Shown: positions 21,627 to 32,432 of the stretch, in pieces
Numbering within the stretch: position 1 is the first letter of the stretch
Layout of the letters: each line of letters opens with the position of its first letter
NCBI GenBank assembly: GCA_963807155.1
Contig: CAWEAZ010000038.1
Location: forward strand, 36,709-100,708
DNA from: an uncultured beta proteobacterium
GTDB taxonomy: Bacteria > Pseudomonadota > Gammaproteobacteria > Burkholderiales > Burkholderiaceae_F
Direction: 5' to 3'
DNA length: 64,000 nucleotides
Translations under genes and position numbers: made by a program
Notes under the pieces: model-generated
Seen by the model: the letters and a program-made list of their open reading frames with translations, nothing else
What the model was told of the DNA's origin: nothing
Databases searched by the model: none

Positions 21627-22901
21627 ATGAGCGTGCGGGTGGTGGTGGGTGCGATCGCAGCTGCGATCGCGGCAGTGAATTCGAGCGGCGCGACTGCGCA
21701 AACCAAATCACAGCAAGTCGTCAAGCCGCCGGTGGCACAGCTATGGATGGATGTTGCCACCATGACGATGCCGGGCATGCCCGATATGGCATCGATTCCA
21801 GGCGCTGGAGCGCTGGGCGGACTATTTGGTGCTGGTGGCGGAGGAGGCAACAACGCGTTCGGCAACACGCGCGGCATGATGCCCGGCCGTTATGTCGATA
21901 TCGCGTTGTTCACGCAGCGAAAACCTGCCGGCACTGAGGGCCTGCAATCGGTGCCACAGGTGACCGGGCTGGCGCCGACGTTACCGCTGGTGCCACCGCC
22001 GGCGCGCTCCGGCCCAACTCCGACCGACTCGAGCCGACCGGACCCGACTGAAATCGAACGGCCCAAGGGGCGGATCTTGTTCTATTGGGGATGCAGCGAA
22101 GCCGTACGCCCTGGCCAGCCCCGCGTGCTCGATCTTGCGCGCGCCGCTCCACAGGAGTGGGCGGGCTTCATGCAGGGCCGCGCGACCAGCGACCGCGGCG
22201 CACTCTCGCGCCCCGGCCACGCGTTATGGCCCAACGAAAAAGACCGCCGCTCTTTTGGCCGCGACGCCTCACTGGTCGGCGACCATTCGGTGTCCGGCGA
22301 AGGCGTTCCGGCCGGCCTCAAGTTTGCGCTGTCTGAGGCGAACGATTTCATGCCGGCGATTGCGCTCACGCAGTCGGGCACGCCGGCCGATACGCTGCAG
22401 CTGAGTTGGCAGGCTGTTGGCCCCGCGCGGGCTTACTTCATCAATGCCATCGGTAGCGGCGATGGCGACACCGTGTTTTGGAGTTCAGCCGAGGTGCCGG
22501 AGGTCGGTATGGGGCTGATGGATTTCGCATCACCGGCCAACGTCGAGCAATGGCTGAAGGAAAAAGTTCTGCTCGCGCCTACCGTCACGCAGTGCGCGGT
22601 CCCGAAAGGCATCTTTGCCAAGGCCGCCGGCGCGATGCTGCGCATGATCGCTTACGGCCCGGAGCTCAACATCGCGTATCCGCCGCGACCCGCTGACGTA
22701 AAGCAGGCCTGGGAGCCCGAGTGGGCGGTGCGAGTGCGGACAAAGTCAACCGCGATGGCGCAACTGGGCATGGACGCTCGCGGTGCGGCCCCTGCGCGCA
22801 TGGGTTCTGAACAAGCGCCACCGCCGTCGGTTGAAGCAAAAAAAGACGAGCCCAAGGTCCCGGGTGCGGTAGACCTCCTGCGCGGCATACTCGGCCGCTA
22901 A
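21627..22901 (+). CDS. Secreted hypothetical protein
   Basis: GGGAGG RBS and signal peptide MSVRVVVGAIAAAIAAVNSSGATAQ. Gly-rich and Pro-rich linkers. No family recognised. Confidence 0.6.
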   Translation: MSVRVVVGAIAAAIAAVNSSGATAQTKSQQVVKPPVAQLWMDVATMTMPGMPDMASIPGAGALGGLFGAGGGGGNNAFGNTRGMMPGRYVDIALFTQRKPAGTEGLQSVPQVTGLAPTLPLVPPPARSGPTPTDSSRPDPTEIERPKGRILFYWGCSEAVRPGQPRVLDLARAAPQEWAGFMQGRATSDRGALSRPGHALWPNEKDRRSFGRDASLVGDHSVSGEGVPAGLKFALSEANDFMPAIALTQSGTPADTLQLSWQAVGPARAYFINAIGSGDGDTVFWSSAEVPEVGMGLMDFASPANVEQWLKEKVLLAPTVTQCAVPKGIFAKAAGAMLRMIAYGPELNIAYPPRPADVKQAWEPEWAVRVRTKSTAMAQLGMDARGAAPARMGSEQAPPPSVEAKKDEPKVPGAVDLLRGILGR

Positions 22902-22939
22902 CCGATCGCATTGGCCCCGCACTAGGCGCAGAGCTGCGA

Positions 22940-24466
22940 GTGCCCGCTCAGGAGTATCTGCGCCGAATTCTGACTGCGCGCGTCTACGACGTCGCGATTG
23001 AGTCGCCGCTCGAGCTCGCGCCGGGGTTATCGGAGCGGCTTGGCAACCGGGTTCTGCTGAAGCGCGAGGACTTACAGCCAATCAAGAGCTTCAAGCTGCG
23101 CGGCGCGTACAACCGGATGGCGCAGCTGTCGCGCGATCAACTGAAGCGCGGAGTCATCGCGGCGTCAGCGGGCAATCATGCGCAGGGTGTTGCGCTTGCC
23201 GCGCAGAAACTCCAATGTCGCGCGCTGATCGTGATGCCGGTGACAACACCGGAGGTCAAAGTCGACGCGGTGCGTGCACGCGGCGCCGAAGTCGTGCTGT
23301 TCGGAGATTCGTACTCCGATGCGTACACGCATGCCTTAAAGCTGCAACGCAAGTACAAGCTGACGTTCGTGCATCCGTTCGACGATCCGGACGTGATCGC
23401 AGGGCAGGGCACGATCGCAATGGAGATCTTGCGGCAGCATCATCCGGTCGAGCACGGGCCGATTCATGCCGTGTTCGTCGCGATCGGAGGTGGCGGTTTG
23501 ATCGCTGGCGTCGCTGCATACATCAAGGCGCTCGCGCCGCAGATCAAGGTGATCGGGGTTCAGACGACAGATTCGGATGCAATGGCGCGTTCGCTCGAAG
23601 CGCGACGCCGGGTCAAGCTGCATGACGTAGGACTGTTCTCGGACGGCACGGCGGTGCGTGAAGTCGGGCAGCACACATTCAAGTTGATCCGCGACCACGT
23701 CGACGACATTGTGCTGGTCGACACCGACGCGATCTGCGCGGCGATCAAGGACGTGTTCCAGGACACCCGTTCGATCCTGGAACCGGCCGGCGCCCTATCG
23801 ATCGCGGGCATGAAGGCGTACGCGCAGCGCGAAAAACTGAAGCAGCGCACGCTGGTTGCGATCGCGGGCGGTGCCAACATGAATTTCGACCGTTTGCGTT
23901 TCGTTGCCGAACGCACCGAAGTCGGCGAGGCGCGCGAAGCGTTGTTTGCGGTCACGATTCCCGAGGAGCGCGGCAGCTTCAAGCGTTTTTGCAAGCTGGT
24001 CGGCAACCGTAGTGTTACCGAATTCAACTACCGCATTTCGGACTCGTCGATCGCTCACGTGTTCGTCGGGATCGGCACCGCAAGTGCGGGCGACAATCAG
24101 ACGCTGGCACGTCAGTTCCGGCGCCACGGCTATGCCACCGTCGACCTGACGCACGACGAGCTTGCCGCCGAACACGTGCGCTACATGGTGGGGGGCAAAA
24201 GCCCTCTGGCTGCGGGCGAGTTGATTTATCGCTTCGAATTTCCCGAGCGCCCGGGAGCGCTAATGAAGTTTTTGACCAGCATGGCACCGAGCTGGAACAT
24301 CTCGATGTTCCACTATCGCAACCAGGGCGCTGACTACTCGCGCGTGCTGGTGGGTCTGCAGATTCCACCTAACGAACGGCGCGTATTCAGCCGTTTTCTG
24401 GCAGCGCTCGGCTATCGATACTGGAATGAAACCGAGAATCCTGCGTATCGGTTGTTTCTGTCCTGA
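22940..24466 (+). CDS. ilvA: Threonine ammonia-lyase, biosynthetic
   Basis: PLP-lysine motif SFKLRGAYN, 508 aa with two C-terminal regulatory repeats. Confidence 0.95.
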   Translation: MPAQEYLRRILTARVYDVAIESPLELAPGLSERLGNRVLLKREDLQPIKSFKLRGAYNRMAQLSRDQLKRGVIAASAGNHAQGVALAAQKLQCRALIVMPVTTPEVKVDAVRARGAEVVLFGDSYSDAYTHALKLQRKYKLTFVHPFDDPDVIAGQGTIAMEILRQHHPVEHGPIHAVFVAIGGGGLIAGVAAYIKALAPQIKVIGVQTTDSDAMARSLEARRRVKLHDVGLFSDGTAVREVGQHTFKLIRDHVDDIVLVDTDAICAAIKDVFQDTRSILEPAGALSIAGMKAYAQREKLKQRTLVAIAGGANMNFDRLRFVAERTEVGEAREALFAVTIPEERGSFKRFCKLVGNRSVTEFNYRISDSSIAHVFVGIGTASAGDNQTLARQFRRHGYATVDLTHDELAAEHVRYMVGGKSPLAAGELIYRFEFPERPGALMKFLTSMAPSWNISMFHYRNQGADYSRVLVGLQIPPNERRVFSRFLAALGYRYWNETENPAYRLFLS

Positions 24467-25478
24467 GTTGGAGCGACCGCGCGGGACCGATCGCTTCGAT
24501 CTCCACCAACAAATTGGCGCGACATATGTCGGCGTGCAAGTACAGCACTGCGTCGGCGTCGAGTCCGTGCCCCGCCAGAACTTGTCGCACCAACGGCTGA
24601 TCCTCCGGGTGGCGCACGTACGCCTTCAGTAGCAGATCGGAAAGTAACGTGACGTCCCGCGCGCCATGGCTTATCGCCGCCGCGACGACCGATTGCAGGT
24701 TGGTCAACGTCTCATGCGCTTGCGCCACGACGTTACCTTCATGCAGCGTTTGATGACCGACGATGCTCGCCGTGCCGGAGACGAACAGCACATCACTGTC
24801 GCCGCCTGCGCCGCGCCACAGCGCTGCACGCGAAAAACTTGGCGCACGCGGGCCGTATTGCTGAGGGTATCGATAGGCGCTGGTTTGGCGCGGATTCTCG
24901 ATCGGTTCGGGTGGTGTTTTCGACGCAAGGCAATACAGCACCAATGGCCCACCGAAGCTGCCAAGCGCGCACGCGGCGGGTGCGCCGGTTTCGGTCGGGC
25001 ACTTGGCTTCGTCGTACGCTTTGAAGCGATGTAGATTAAAGCGGCGGTAGCGCTCGAGCCCACCGTCGTCAACGTTGATGCCGGGAATTGAATTCCAGAC
25101 TCGCAGCAAATGCGGATAACCGGAAGCGTGCAGTGCCTCGAGTAAGGAGTGGTATGCGGTGTAGGTTGCTGCCCCGAGTGCATCGATGCCATCGTCCGCC
25201 ACGGCCGCTGACACGGTCGCGAACAGTATTTCACCGTTGTGCCGGTAACGCGTTGTGCCGACGGTCCCGTCGGTCGCCTCAGAACGCCCGCGCCAAACCT
25301 CAACCACCTGACCGTCGCCGCCGGCCTCTTTGCCGAGGACGCCTTTCAGCAAATGCGCCTGTGGCAGATGCGATGCGGATGCCAACGGCATCGCACCGCC
25401 ATGAGTAGCGACGCCGAGTGTGCGGGCGTCGTGCAGCAGCGGCGAGCGGGCGAACTCCGCCGCCGGCATCCACTGCAT
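24387..25478 (-). CDS. XanB2-like chorismatase (FkbO/Hyg5-type N-domain + RidA/YjgF-like C-domain)
   Basis: Architecture and position at the head of an aryl-polyene cluster match Xanthomonas xanB2. The start is uncertain (ATG 25478 or TTG 25526). The 3' end overlaps ilvA by 80 bp. Confidence 0.65.
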   Translation of the reverse strand: MQWMPAAEFARSPLLHDARTLGVATHGGAMPLASASHLPQAHLLKGVLGKEAGGDGQVVEVWRGRSEATDGTVGTTRYRHNGEILFATVSAAVADDGIDALGAATYTAYHSLLEALHASGYPHLLRVWNSIPGINVDDGGLERYRRFNLHRFKAYDEAKCPTETGAPAACALGSFGGPLVLYCLASKTPPEPIENPRQTSAYRYPQQYGPRAPSFSRAALWRGAGGDSDVLFVSGTASIVGHQTLHEGNVVAQAHETLTNLQSVVAAAISHGARDVTLLSDLLLKAYVRHPEDQPLVRQVLAGHGLDADAVLYLHADICRANLLVEIEAIGPARSLQLRTETTDTQDSRFHSSIDSRALPENG

Positions 25479-25579
25479 TCCAAGGCGATTTTTCGGGTTG
25501 CTGTTCAAGATGTTGATACCGGGCAAAAGGTGCGGATTCTAGTCATTGGCGCCGGTCCGATTGATACACTCGCCGCGCC

Positions 25580-26118
25580 ATGCATGCAGTGACCCAATCG
25601 GCTCCCCAACGCGCGGACGCTCCGCTGGCGCCTGCTGCGATCGACGAACGCGACGCCGATATCGTGATCATTGGCGGCGGTCCAGGCGGCAGCACGGCCG
25701 GTGCGCTGCTGGCGCAAAAGGGCTGGCGTGTGCTGCTGCTTGAAAAAGATCGGCACCCCCGGTTTCATATCGGAGAATCGCTGCTCCCGCTGAATCTTCC
25801 ATTATTTGAGCAACTGGGCTGCGCGCCAGCGGTCAAGAAGGTCGGGCTGGTCAAGAATTCGGTGCAGTTTCACTCGATGGAGCATGAGGCACGCCAGACG
25901 TTCGCGTTCGCCGACGCGTGGGAGGGTGTACCGAAGTATGCCTATCAGGTGCGTCGCTCGTTTACGACTTGGGACCGGTGCGGCGACGGGTGATGATGTT
26001 TCGAGGAATCTACTACCTGAGTGCGATAAAACACTGGCGTCAGGCATGGCGCAGTGTGGTCAACCGCAATAACGCCATTCGTCCGCAAGCGATTTGCGCC
26101 ACCGACGGATCGGGGTAG
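25580..26118 (+). pseudogene. FAD-dependent halogenase/oxidoreductase remnant (internal deletion)
   Basis: The N-terminal roughly 125 aa carry DIVIIGGGPGGSTAG (GxGxxG) and are good up to YAYQVRRS. A short C-terminal-like tail (MFRGIYYLSAIKHWRQAWRS) follows in another frame. Roughly 300 aa of a normal enzyme are missing. Confidence 0.6.
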
Positions 26119-26990
26119 CAGTGCCGACCCAAGCATGCAAGGGAGCGCTTTGCGCAGTGCTCGGTGTGCTGCTGGCCGGTGCATCGTTGCCTTCAATCGC
26201 GCAAGAGCAAGATTTGCCGCTTTGGGAAGTCGGCGGCGGCGGCACTTTCTTGCGCGTGCCCGACTATCGTGGCTCGGAAGATGTTCGCAACTACGTGCTG
26301 CCCATTCCGTGGTTTGTCTATCGCGGTGAAATTTTTCGTGCCGATCGCGACGGTGCCCGCGCCCGCTTATTCGACAGTGAGCGGGTCAAGGTGAACTTGA
26401 GCATTGGTGGCAGTGTTCCCGTTGACAGCGACCGCAATCGCGCGCGGGAGGGGATGGAGGATCTAAGTCCTCTGTTCGAGCTTGGCCCGGTGGTTAATGT
26501 GCATCTGTGGCGTACCGATGATCGCCGCGCAGCGCTCGATCTTCGGCTGCCGGTGCGCGCGGCGTTCACTTTCCGTGATGGTGTGCGCAATGTCGGTTAC
26601 GTGTTTGGCCCGCTGATCAACCTCGACTTGCGTTGGCCCTCCGCGACGGCGCCAGATCGCTGGAACCTCGGGCTGCTGGTTGAAGTGCCGTTTTCTGACC
26701 GTCGATTCAATGGCTATTTCTACGACGTACCGGCCGCCAATGCGACCGCCACGCGCCCCGAATACCGTGCAAGCGGGGGCTATGGTGGCTGGCAGGCGCT
26801 GGCAGCGCTGTCGCACCGAAAAGACCGCTGGTGGTTCGGTGCCTTCATTAAATACGACAACGTCAGTGGTGCCGTATTTGCAGATTCGCCACTCGTCACG
26901 CAGCGGCGGCAAGTCAGCGGCGGCTTTGCGGTGACTTATGTGTTCACCCAGTCGTCCACTCTCGTACCGCCACGTCAGGACGAGTATTGA
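26094..26990 (+). CDS. MipA/OmpV family outer-membrane protein
   Basis: Signal peptide, then LPLWEVGGGG..VPDYRGS.., typical of MipA beta-barrels. The start may be GTG 26121. Confidence 0.8.
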   Translation: MRHRRIGVAVPTQACKGALCAVLGVLLAGASLPSIAQEQDLPLWEVGGGGTFLRVPDYRGSEDVRNYVLPIPWFVYRGEIFRADRDGARARLFDSERVKVNLSIGGSVPVDSDRNRAREGMEDLSPLFELGPVVNVHLWRTDDRRAALDLRLPVRAAFTFRDGVRNVGYVFGPLINLDLRWPSATAPDRWNLGLLVEVPFSDRRFNGYFYDVPAANATATRPEYRASGGYGGWQALAALSHRKDRWWFGAFIKYDNVSGAVFADSPLVTQRRQVSGGFAVTYVFTQSSTLVPPRQDEY

Positions 26991-26991
26991 C

Positions 26992-27666
26992 ATGCCCTCG
27001 GATAGCGCAGCTGCCTCGAGCTTGCCCCGCAGCCTCTGGTTGTTGGCTGCGGGTGCGATCGTCTTGTCGACCGCACTGCACGTCGTTCCGCAGCTGATGC
27101 GCGACTGGGTTGACCCGGCGTGGTCGATGCTCGTGCTGATGACTATCGATGCCTGCGTCGTTGCGCTGATTGTGCGCAGCCGAACTGCGCTGTTGGTTGG
27201 AATATTGTTGGCCGCGTTACTCGGTGCTGCGGTGTTATCGCATCAGCAGCTGCTGGCTGCGGTCCCGTCGATTGCGCTGAACCTGATGCTGGCCAGCGTT
27301 TTCGCTGTCACACTGCGCCGAGGCGAGACGCCTTTGATCGTTCGTATTGCGGAGCTCGACAGCGCAACGCTGACGCCGCAGTTCAGACGGTATCTGCACC
27401 GGCTGACGCAGGGCTGGGCGATATTTTTCTTCGCGATGGCCGGATTGTCGCTGCTACTGATGCTGTACGCGCCTTTTGAGTGGTGGTCGCTCTTTGTCAA
27501 CGTGCTGACCTGGCCGCTGATGGGGGTGATGTTCATCGCCGAATGGCTGGTGCGCGTCGTTTGCTTCAGAAAATTGCCGCGACACACGCCGCTGTATATC
27601 GCGGCGAGAGTACTTGCCTACCAGCGGCAGGTGGCTCAGATGCGGATAGGGCCGCGAAGCGGATGA
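26992..27666 (+). CDS. Integral membrane protein of the APE cluster
   Basis: About 5 TM segments. ATG 26992 lies 1 bp after the mipA stop. Same position as the membrane ORF in xanthomonadin-type clusters. Confidence 0.6.
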   Translation: MPSDSAAASSLPRSLWLLAAGAIVLSTALHVVPQLMRDWVDPAWSMLVLMTIDACVVALIVRSRTALLVGILLAALLGAAVLSHQQLLAAVPSIALNLMLASVFAVTLRRGETPLIVRIAELDSATLTPQFRRYLHRLTQGWAIFFFAMAGLSLLLMLYAPFEWWSLFVNVLTWPLMGVMFIAEWLVRVVCFRKLPRHTPLYIAARVLAYQRQVAQMRIGPRSG

Positions 27667-29084
27667 CGAGCGAGCTATTGATTGCCCATCGCGCGGCGAA
27701 TGCGCGCATTGCCGTACGTGGCCGCGAGTCCATTTCGGCCGGCCGTTTTGTTGCCGCCGCACAGGCGCTTGCACAACAGTTGCCGCCCGCGCAATACGTG
27801 CTGAACAGCTGTCGCGATCGCTACCTATTCGCGGTGGCGTTTTGCGCAGCGCTGATCGCCGGACGTACGAGCCTGTTGCCGCCCTCGCGCACGCCGGAAA
27901 CGCTGGCACAGCTCGCGACGCGCTATCCAGACACGCTGTATGTGGGCGAAGAAGCCGGCGATCTCGTCTGGCACGGCTCCGCCGAACCCGCCATGAAGTG
28001 GCAGACCGGTGCGGATGCAGAGGCGTGGCCGCCGCCGGCAATCGCTCGTGACCATGTTGCTGCGATCGCGTTCACGTCGGGCAGCACCGGCGAACCGCAG
28101 CCACAACCGAAAACCTGGGGCGCGATCGTCGACGGCGCGCGCGCCGAGGTCATCGCACTGCATTTGGACGATGCAACGATCGACGATGTAGTGTTGGTCG
28201 GCACCGTCTCGCCGCAGCACATGTATGGGTTCGAATCGACGGTATTACTCGCGCTGCACGGTCCCTGCGCGCTTGCGGCCGAGCATCCGCTGCATCCCGA
28301 TGAAGTCGTTGCCGTGTTGTCGCGCATCAGCGGGCGACGCGTGCTGATCACCGCACCGGTGCATCTGCGCGCTCTAGCCGAGTCCGCGCACTCGATGCCG
28401 ACGCTGGATCGCGTCGTCAGTGCGACCGCGCCTCTGACGCCTGAATTGGCGAAACGGTGCGAATCGATGTGGGGTACGCGCGTGTTCGAGGTATACGGCT
28501 GCACCGAGACTGGCATGGTTGCGACGCGGCGCACGGTCGATGGCTCGCTTTGGACAACGATGCGAGATGTGAAGATCGAGTCAAGCGGCGACGGGTTTCG
28601 TGCCTACGGCGGGCACGTTCAGCCGGGACAGCTTGCCGACCGCCTGCGGTTGATCAGCGACTCGACGTTCGAGCTTGAAGGGCGCACCGATGACGTCGTC
28701 AACATCGGAGGCAAGCGCGCGTCACTGCAGGGACTCAACCGCATGCTGCTGTCGATCGACGGCGTGGTCGATGGTGCGATATTCGAGCCGCCGAGCGTGC
28801 CTGCCGTCACGCGCGAACAGCGCTTGATGGCGCTCGTGGTGGCGCCCGGCATTACGCGTGCCGATCTGCTTACTGCGCTGCGCGCACAGATCGATCCGGC
28901 GTTTTTACCGCGACCATTGTTGTGGGTCGATGCATTGCCGCGCAACGCGCAAGGAAAACTGCCGAAGGCCGAGCTGCTGGCGCTGGCAAACAGAGCGCTT
29001 GCAGGGGTCCACGGCAGGTCAGCCGCCGTCCAAAGGTGTTGTGCGAACGATCGACGTTCGATTGGATTGATTAGCATTGAATGA
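27663..29084 (+). CDS. AMP-dependent synthetase/ligase (aryl-starter activating, ApeH/XanA2-like)
   Basis: AFTSGSTGEPQ and YGCTETG adenylation motifs. ATGA overlap with the upstream stop. Confidence 0.8.
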   Translation: MTSELLIAHRAANARIAVRGRESISAGRFVAAAQALAQQLPPAQYVLNSCRDRYLFAVAFCAALIAGRTSLLPPSRTPETLAQLATRYPDTLYVGEEAGDLVWHGSAEPAMKWQTGADAEAWPPPAIARDHVAAIAFTSGSTGEPQPQPKTWGAIVDGARAEVIALHLDDATIDDVVLVGTVSPQHMYGFESTVLLALHGPCALAAEHPLHPDEVVAVLSRISGRRVLITAPVHLRALAESAHSMPTLDRVVSATAPLTPELAKRCESMWGTRVFEVYGCTETGMVATRRTVDGSLWTTMRDVKIESSGDGFRAYGGHVQPGQLADRLRLISDSTFELEGRTDDVVNIGGKRASLQGLNRMLLSIDGVVDGAIFEPPSVPAVTREQRLMALVVAPGITRADLLTALRAQIDPAFLPRPLLWVDALPRNAQGKLPKAELLALANRALAGVHGRSAAVQRCCANDRRSIGLISIE

Positions 29085-29443
29085 CAAACCGTATGACCGA
29101 TGGTGGGCAATCAGCGAATCCGGAGCGCGGCATCGTGACTGTCGATCATCCGATGCTCGCCGGACACTTTCCCGGTCATCCGATCGTGCCCGGGGCGTGG
29201 TTGTTGGCCTGGGTTGTTGCCGCGGCGGGACGGCGTCTATTGGCGACAGGAGAATCGCGCTCGATAGCTGGGATAAAGCGAGTCAAGTTCTTGCGACCGC
29301 TTGCACCGGACTGCGCTTTCGAATGCACATTGGATCCGGCCAGCCGCAATGACACGATGCGGTTTGCGGTGATCAGCAATGGCGGGGTCATTGCCGAAGG
29401 ATCATTGCAGTTGCAGCAGCAGGTGGCTGAGCCCGCACAATGA
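29081..29443 (+). CDS. Hotdog-fold dehydratase (ApeI/FabZ-like)
   Basis: HPMLAGHFPGHPIVPGAWLL motif, 120 aa. Confidence 0.7.
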   Translation: MTNRMTDGGQSANPERGIVTVDHPMLAGHFPGHPIVPGAWLLAWVVAAAGRRLLATGESRSIAGIKRVKFLRPLAPDCAFECTLDPASRNDTMRFAVISNGGVIAEGSLQLQQQVAEPAQ

Positions 29444-30083
29444 CGCACCGTCTCGTTACGCGCCGCTCTGTGCTAGCAGCAGCAGTGCTTGCATGCATCA
29501 CGCCTGGGATCGCCCGCTCTGCTGACGACCCACTGGCGCGACTGTTTGCAGAGCTTGGTGCACAACGCGAACGTCACGCGCGATTCAGCGAGCGCAAATT
29601 TTCAGCATTGTTAAAGGCGCCGGTCGAATCGAGCGGCACATTGATCTTTCGCGCACCCGATTATCTGGAGAAGCGCACCGTTGAGCCGCAGCGTGAAACG
29701 GTGCGAATCGAGGGAAGCGTGGTGACCTACGAAGGCGGCGCGGGGCGCAGCGGTGGGCAAAAGCGGACCTTTTCACTATCCGATGCGCCGCTGCTTGCTG
29801 CGTTGATCGAAAGTCTGCGTGCGACGCTTGGCCGGCGACCTGCCCACATTGCGCCGGCACTACGACGTGTCCTGGAGTGCGCCGGTGCCGCAGGTACAAA
29901 CGGAGGGATGGCAGCTCACTCTTGGTGCCGCGCGAGCGCGCACTGCTTGATGCAGTGTCGAAGGTGGTGCTGCGCGGCGCCGGCGCGCAAATCGCCTCAG
30001 TTGAGATTGTCGAAGCCAATGGCGATCTGACGTTGATGCAGATCTCTGCGCTTCCCGCTCCGTCCGCACCGGCAAAAAAATGA
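29440..30083 (+). pseudogene. LolA-like lipoprotein carrier protein, two +1 frame breaks (near 29828 and near 29915)
   Basis: Signal peptide plus a LolA-like body. The reading resumes as AGDLPTLRRHYDVSWSAP.. and then as VPRERALLDAVSKVVLRG.., each after an apparent extra G (CTT-G-GCC and CTT-G-GTG). Confidence 0.65.
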
Positions 30084-32432
30084 CGAGTCGCGCCATGCGA
30101 TGGGGCACGTGGCTGCTCGGTGTGTTTGTGTGCGGAGTGATCGTCGCACGCGCGACGATCGTCACCGATATCACTGCGTTTCTCCCAGGCCCGGCGACAC
30201 GCGAGCAGGCGATGCTCGCCGAGCAGTTGCGCGACGGTGTCGCTGCCCGCGTCATCCTGATCGGTATCGAAGCGGCGGGCGCTGAGCAAACAGAAGCGGC
30301 GGCGAAGCGTTCGCAGCAGATCGCGGCAGCGCTGCGCGCCGATCCGCGCTTTGCCTTCGTCGCCAATGGCGATCCGGCGATGTTCGTATGCGGAGCGCGA
30401 TCGTCTGTTCGATGCGCGCTACCTGCTGAGTGCGCAGGTGACGCCGCAACGGTTCTCGGTCGAAGGTCTGCGCGCCGCAGCCGACGAGCTGGAGGCTCTG
30501 CTGCGCTCATCCGCAGCTCCTCTGATAAAGCCGACTGCCGCACGCGACTTGACCGGGGAATTGTTGAGCGTTGCAGCGGCACTGAAGCCGGGGCGAGCGC
30601 CGGTAAGTGCACACGGAGTGTGGTTCGACTCGACCGGCCGCACTGCGCTATTGCTCGCGACAACACGTGCGCCGGGATTCGATGTCGATGCGCAGTCCGA
30701 AGCGGTCGCAGCCATACGTGCTGCATTCGGCGCTGCGTTCGCCACGCCGCCATCGACCGGGACACCGCAACTGCAACTTCATATGACCGGCCCGAGCGTG
30801 TTCGCAGTTGAATCGCGGCGTGCGATTCAGCACGACGCGCGGCGCTTGACGTTGATTGCGTCGGTTGCAGTGAGTCTGCTGTTACTGATCGTGCTGCGCA
30901 GTCCGCGTTTTCTTTTGTGGGCCGCGCTGCCGACGGCGACCGGTGCACTGGCGGGACTCGCCGCAGTGTCGGTCGCGTTCGGCAGTATTCACGGCATCAC
31001 GCTCGGCTTCGGGCTGACGCTGGTTGGCGAAGCGGTCGATTACGCGGTCTACGTGCAGGTGCAGCGGCAGGACGCCAACAACACGTACTTGTGGAAAGGC
31101 TTGTGGCTCGCCGTATTGACCTCGAGCGCAGGCTTCGTCGCAATGATGCTGTCGGGGTTTGCCGGATTGATGCAGCTGGGCCTGATGTCGATCGTCGGCA
31201 TCGTCGTCGCAGCATTGGTCGCGCGCTTTTGCTTGCCCGACGTGCTGAGGCCGCTCGACGCGGCGCGCCTTGCGCGCTTTGCACCGCTTGCTCGCTTTTC
31301 GAAGGCTGCGTCGCGTTGGCGGGTTCCTCTGGTACTGATCGGTGTTGCGGCGGCATTGCTGCTGACTACGCGTGGCGACCGACTGTGGAACGATCAGCTC
31401 GCGGCGATTTCGCCGCTGGCGCGCGGGTCTGGAGAACTCGACGCGCGCCTGCGCAGCGAAACCGGGCTTGGCGATCTGCGCTTCGTGCTCGCTGTCGAGG
31501 GCGCGACGCTTGGACGAGACGATGACGCGTGCCGAGGCGTTGCACGATCGGTTGCGCGAGTTGCAATCGCGCGGCAGCATCGTGGGATTCGACTCGCCCG
31601 CAGCGCTGCTACCGAGCGCAGCGACGCAGCAGGCGAGGCGCGCCGCGTTGCCGGATGCTGCGACGCTGCGTGACCGTCTGACGCAGGCGCTGGCACAGAG
31701 TGCGTTGCGGGCTGAAGCGTTCGAGCCGTTCATTGCGACGTCCAACGCGCGCGGCAACTGACGATTACGCCCGGCTACTATGCAGGGACGGCTTTGGGTC
31801 AGCGGCTTCAGGCGCAGGTGATCGATCGCAAGCAAGGCACAGCGTCTGACGTGGCGGCATTGATTACGTTAACCGGCGTCGGTGATGCGGGCGCCGTCGC
31901 CGCCGCTGTAAGAAACGTCGAGGGTGTTTCGTTGATCGATCTGGCCAACGTGCAGGCGTTGGTCGCTGATTACCGGGCCCGTGCGGCGTGGGCGGCGCTG
32001 GCAGGGGGACTACTGATCGTGCTGATTCTGGCGGTGCAATTGCGAAACCTAAGGGCGACTGCGCGCATTGCGGCGTCGGTCGCGGTCTCGATAGTGATTA
32101 CCGCCGCGGTATTGATATTGATCGAAGGCGGGCTGACGCTTTTTCACCTGGTGGCGTTGCTGCTGGCAGCCGGGGTAGGCACCAACTACGCATTGTTTAT
32201 CGGCATGCCACGCGATGATCGGCATGACGAGCCGGCAACCGTTGCGCTGCCGGTGACGTTGTCAGTCACGCTCGCGGCGGGAACTACGCTGATTGCGTTT
32301 GCAACTTTGGCGATGTCGTCAACGCCGGTGTTGCACATGATCGGCATCACAGTGGCCATCGGCGCGACCGTCGCACTTGTCGTCAGCATGGCGCTCGCGC
32401 CAGAGCGTTCGCGCGCGTCGATCACTGCATGA
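30080..32432 (+). pseudogene. MMPL/RND-type exporter (ApeM-like), at least three frame breaks
   Basis: Segments lie in ORFs 30080-30811, 30351-31673, 31372-31761 and 31794-32432. There are two 5-6 TM bundles with large periplasmic loops. The break near 31745 looks like a 1-bp deletion (FIA-DVQRARQ). Confidence 0.75.

Noticed and set aside
25245-25260. Additional CCGGTAACGC-like matches (for example near 25248, near 48119, and reverse strand near 51551)
   Set aside because: These are single units inside coding sequence without the 11-bp-phased partner, as expected by chance in GC-rich DNA.
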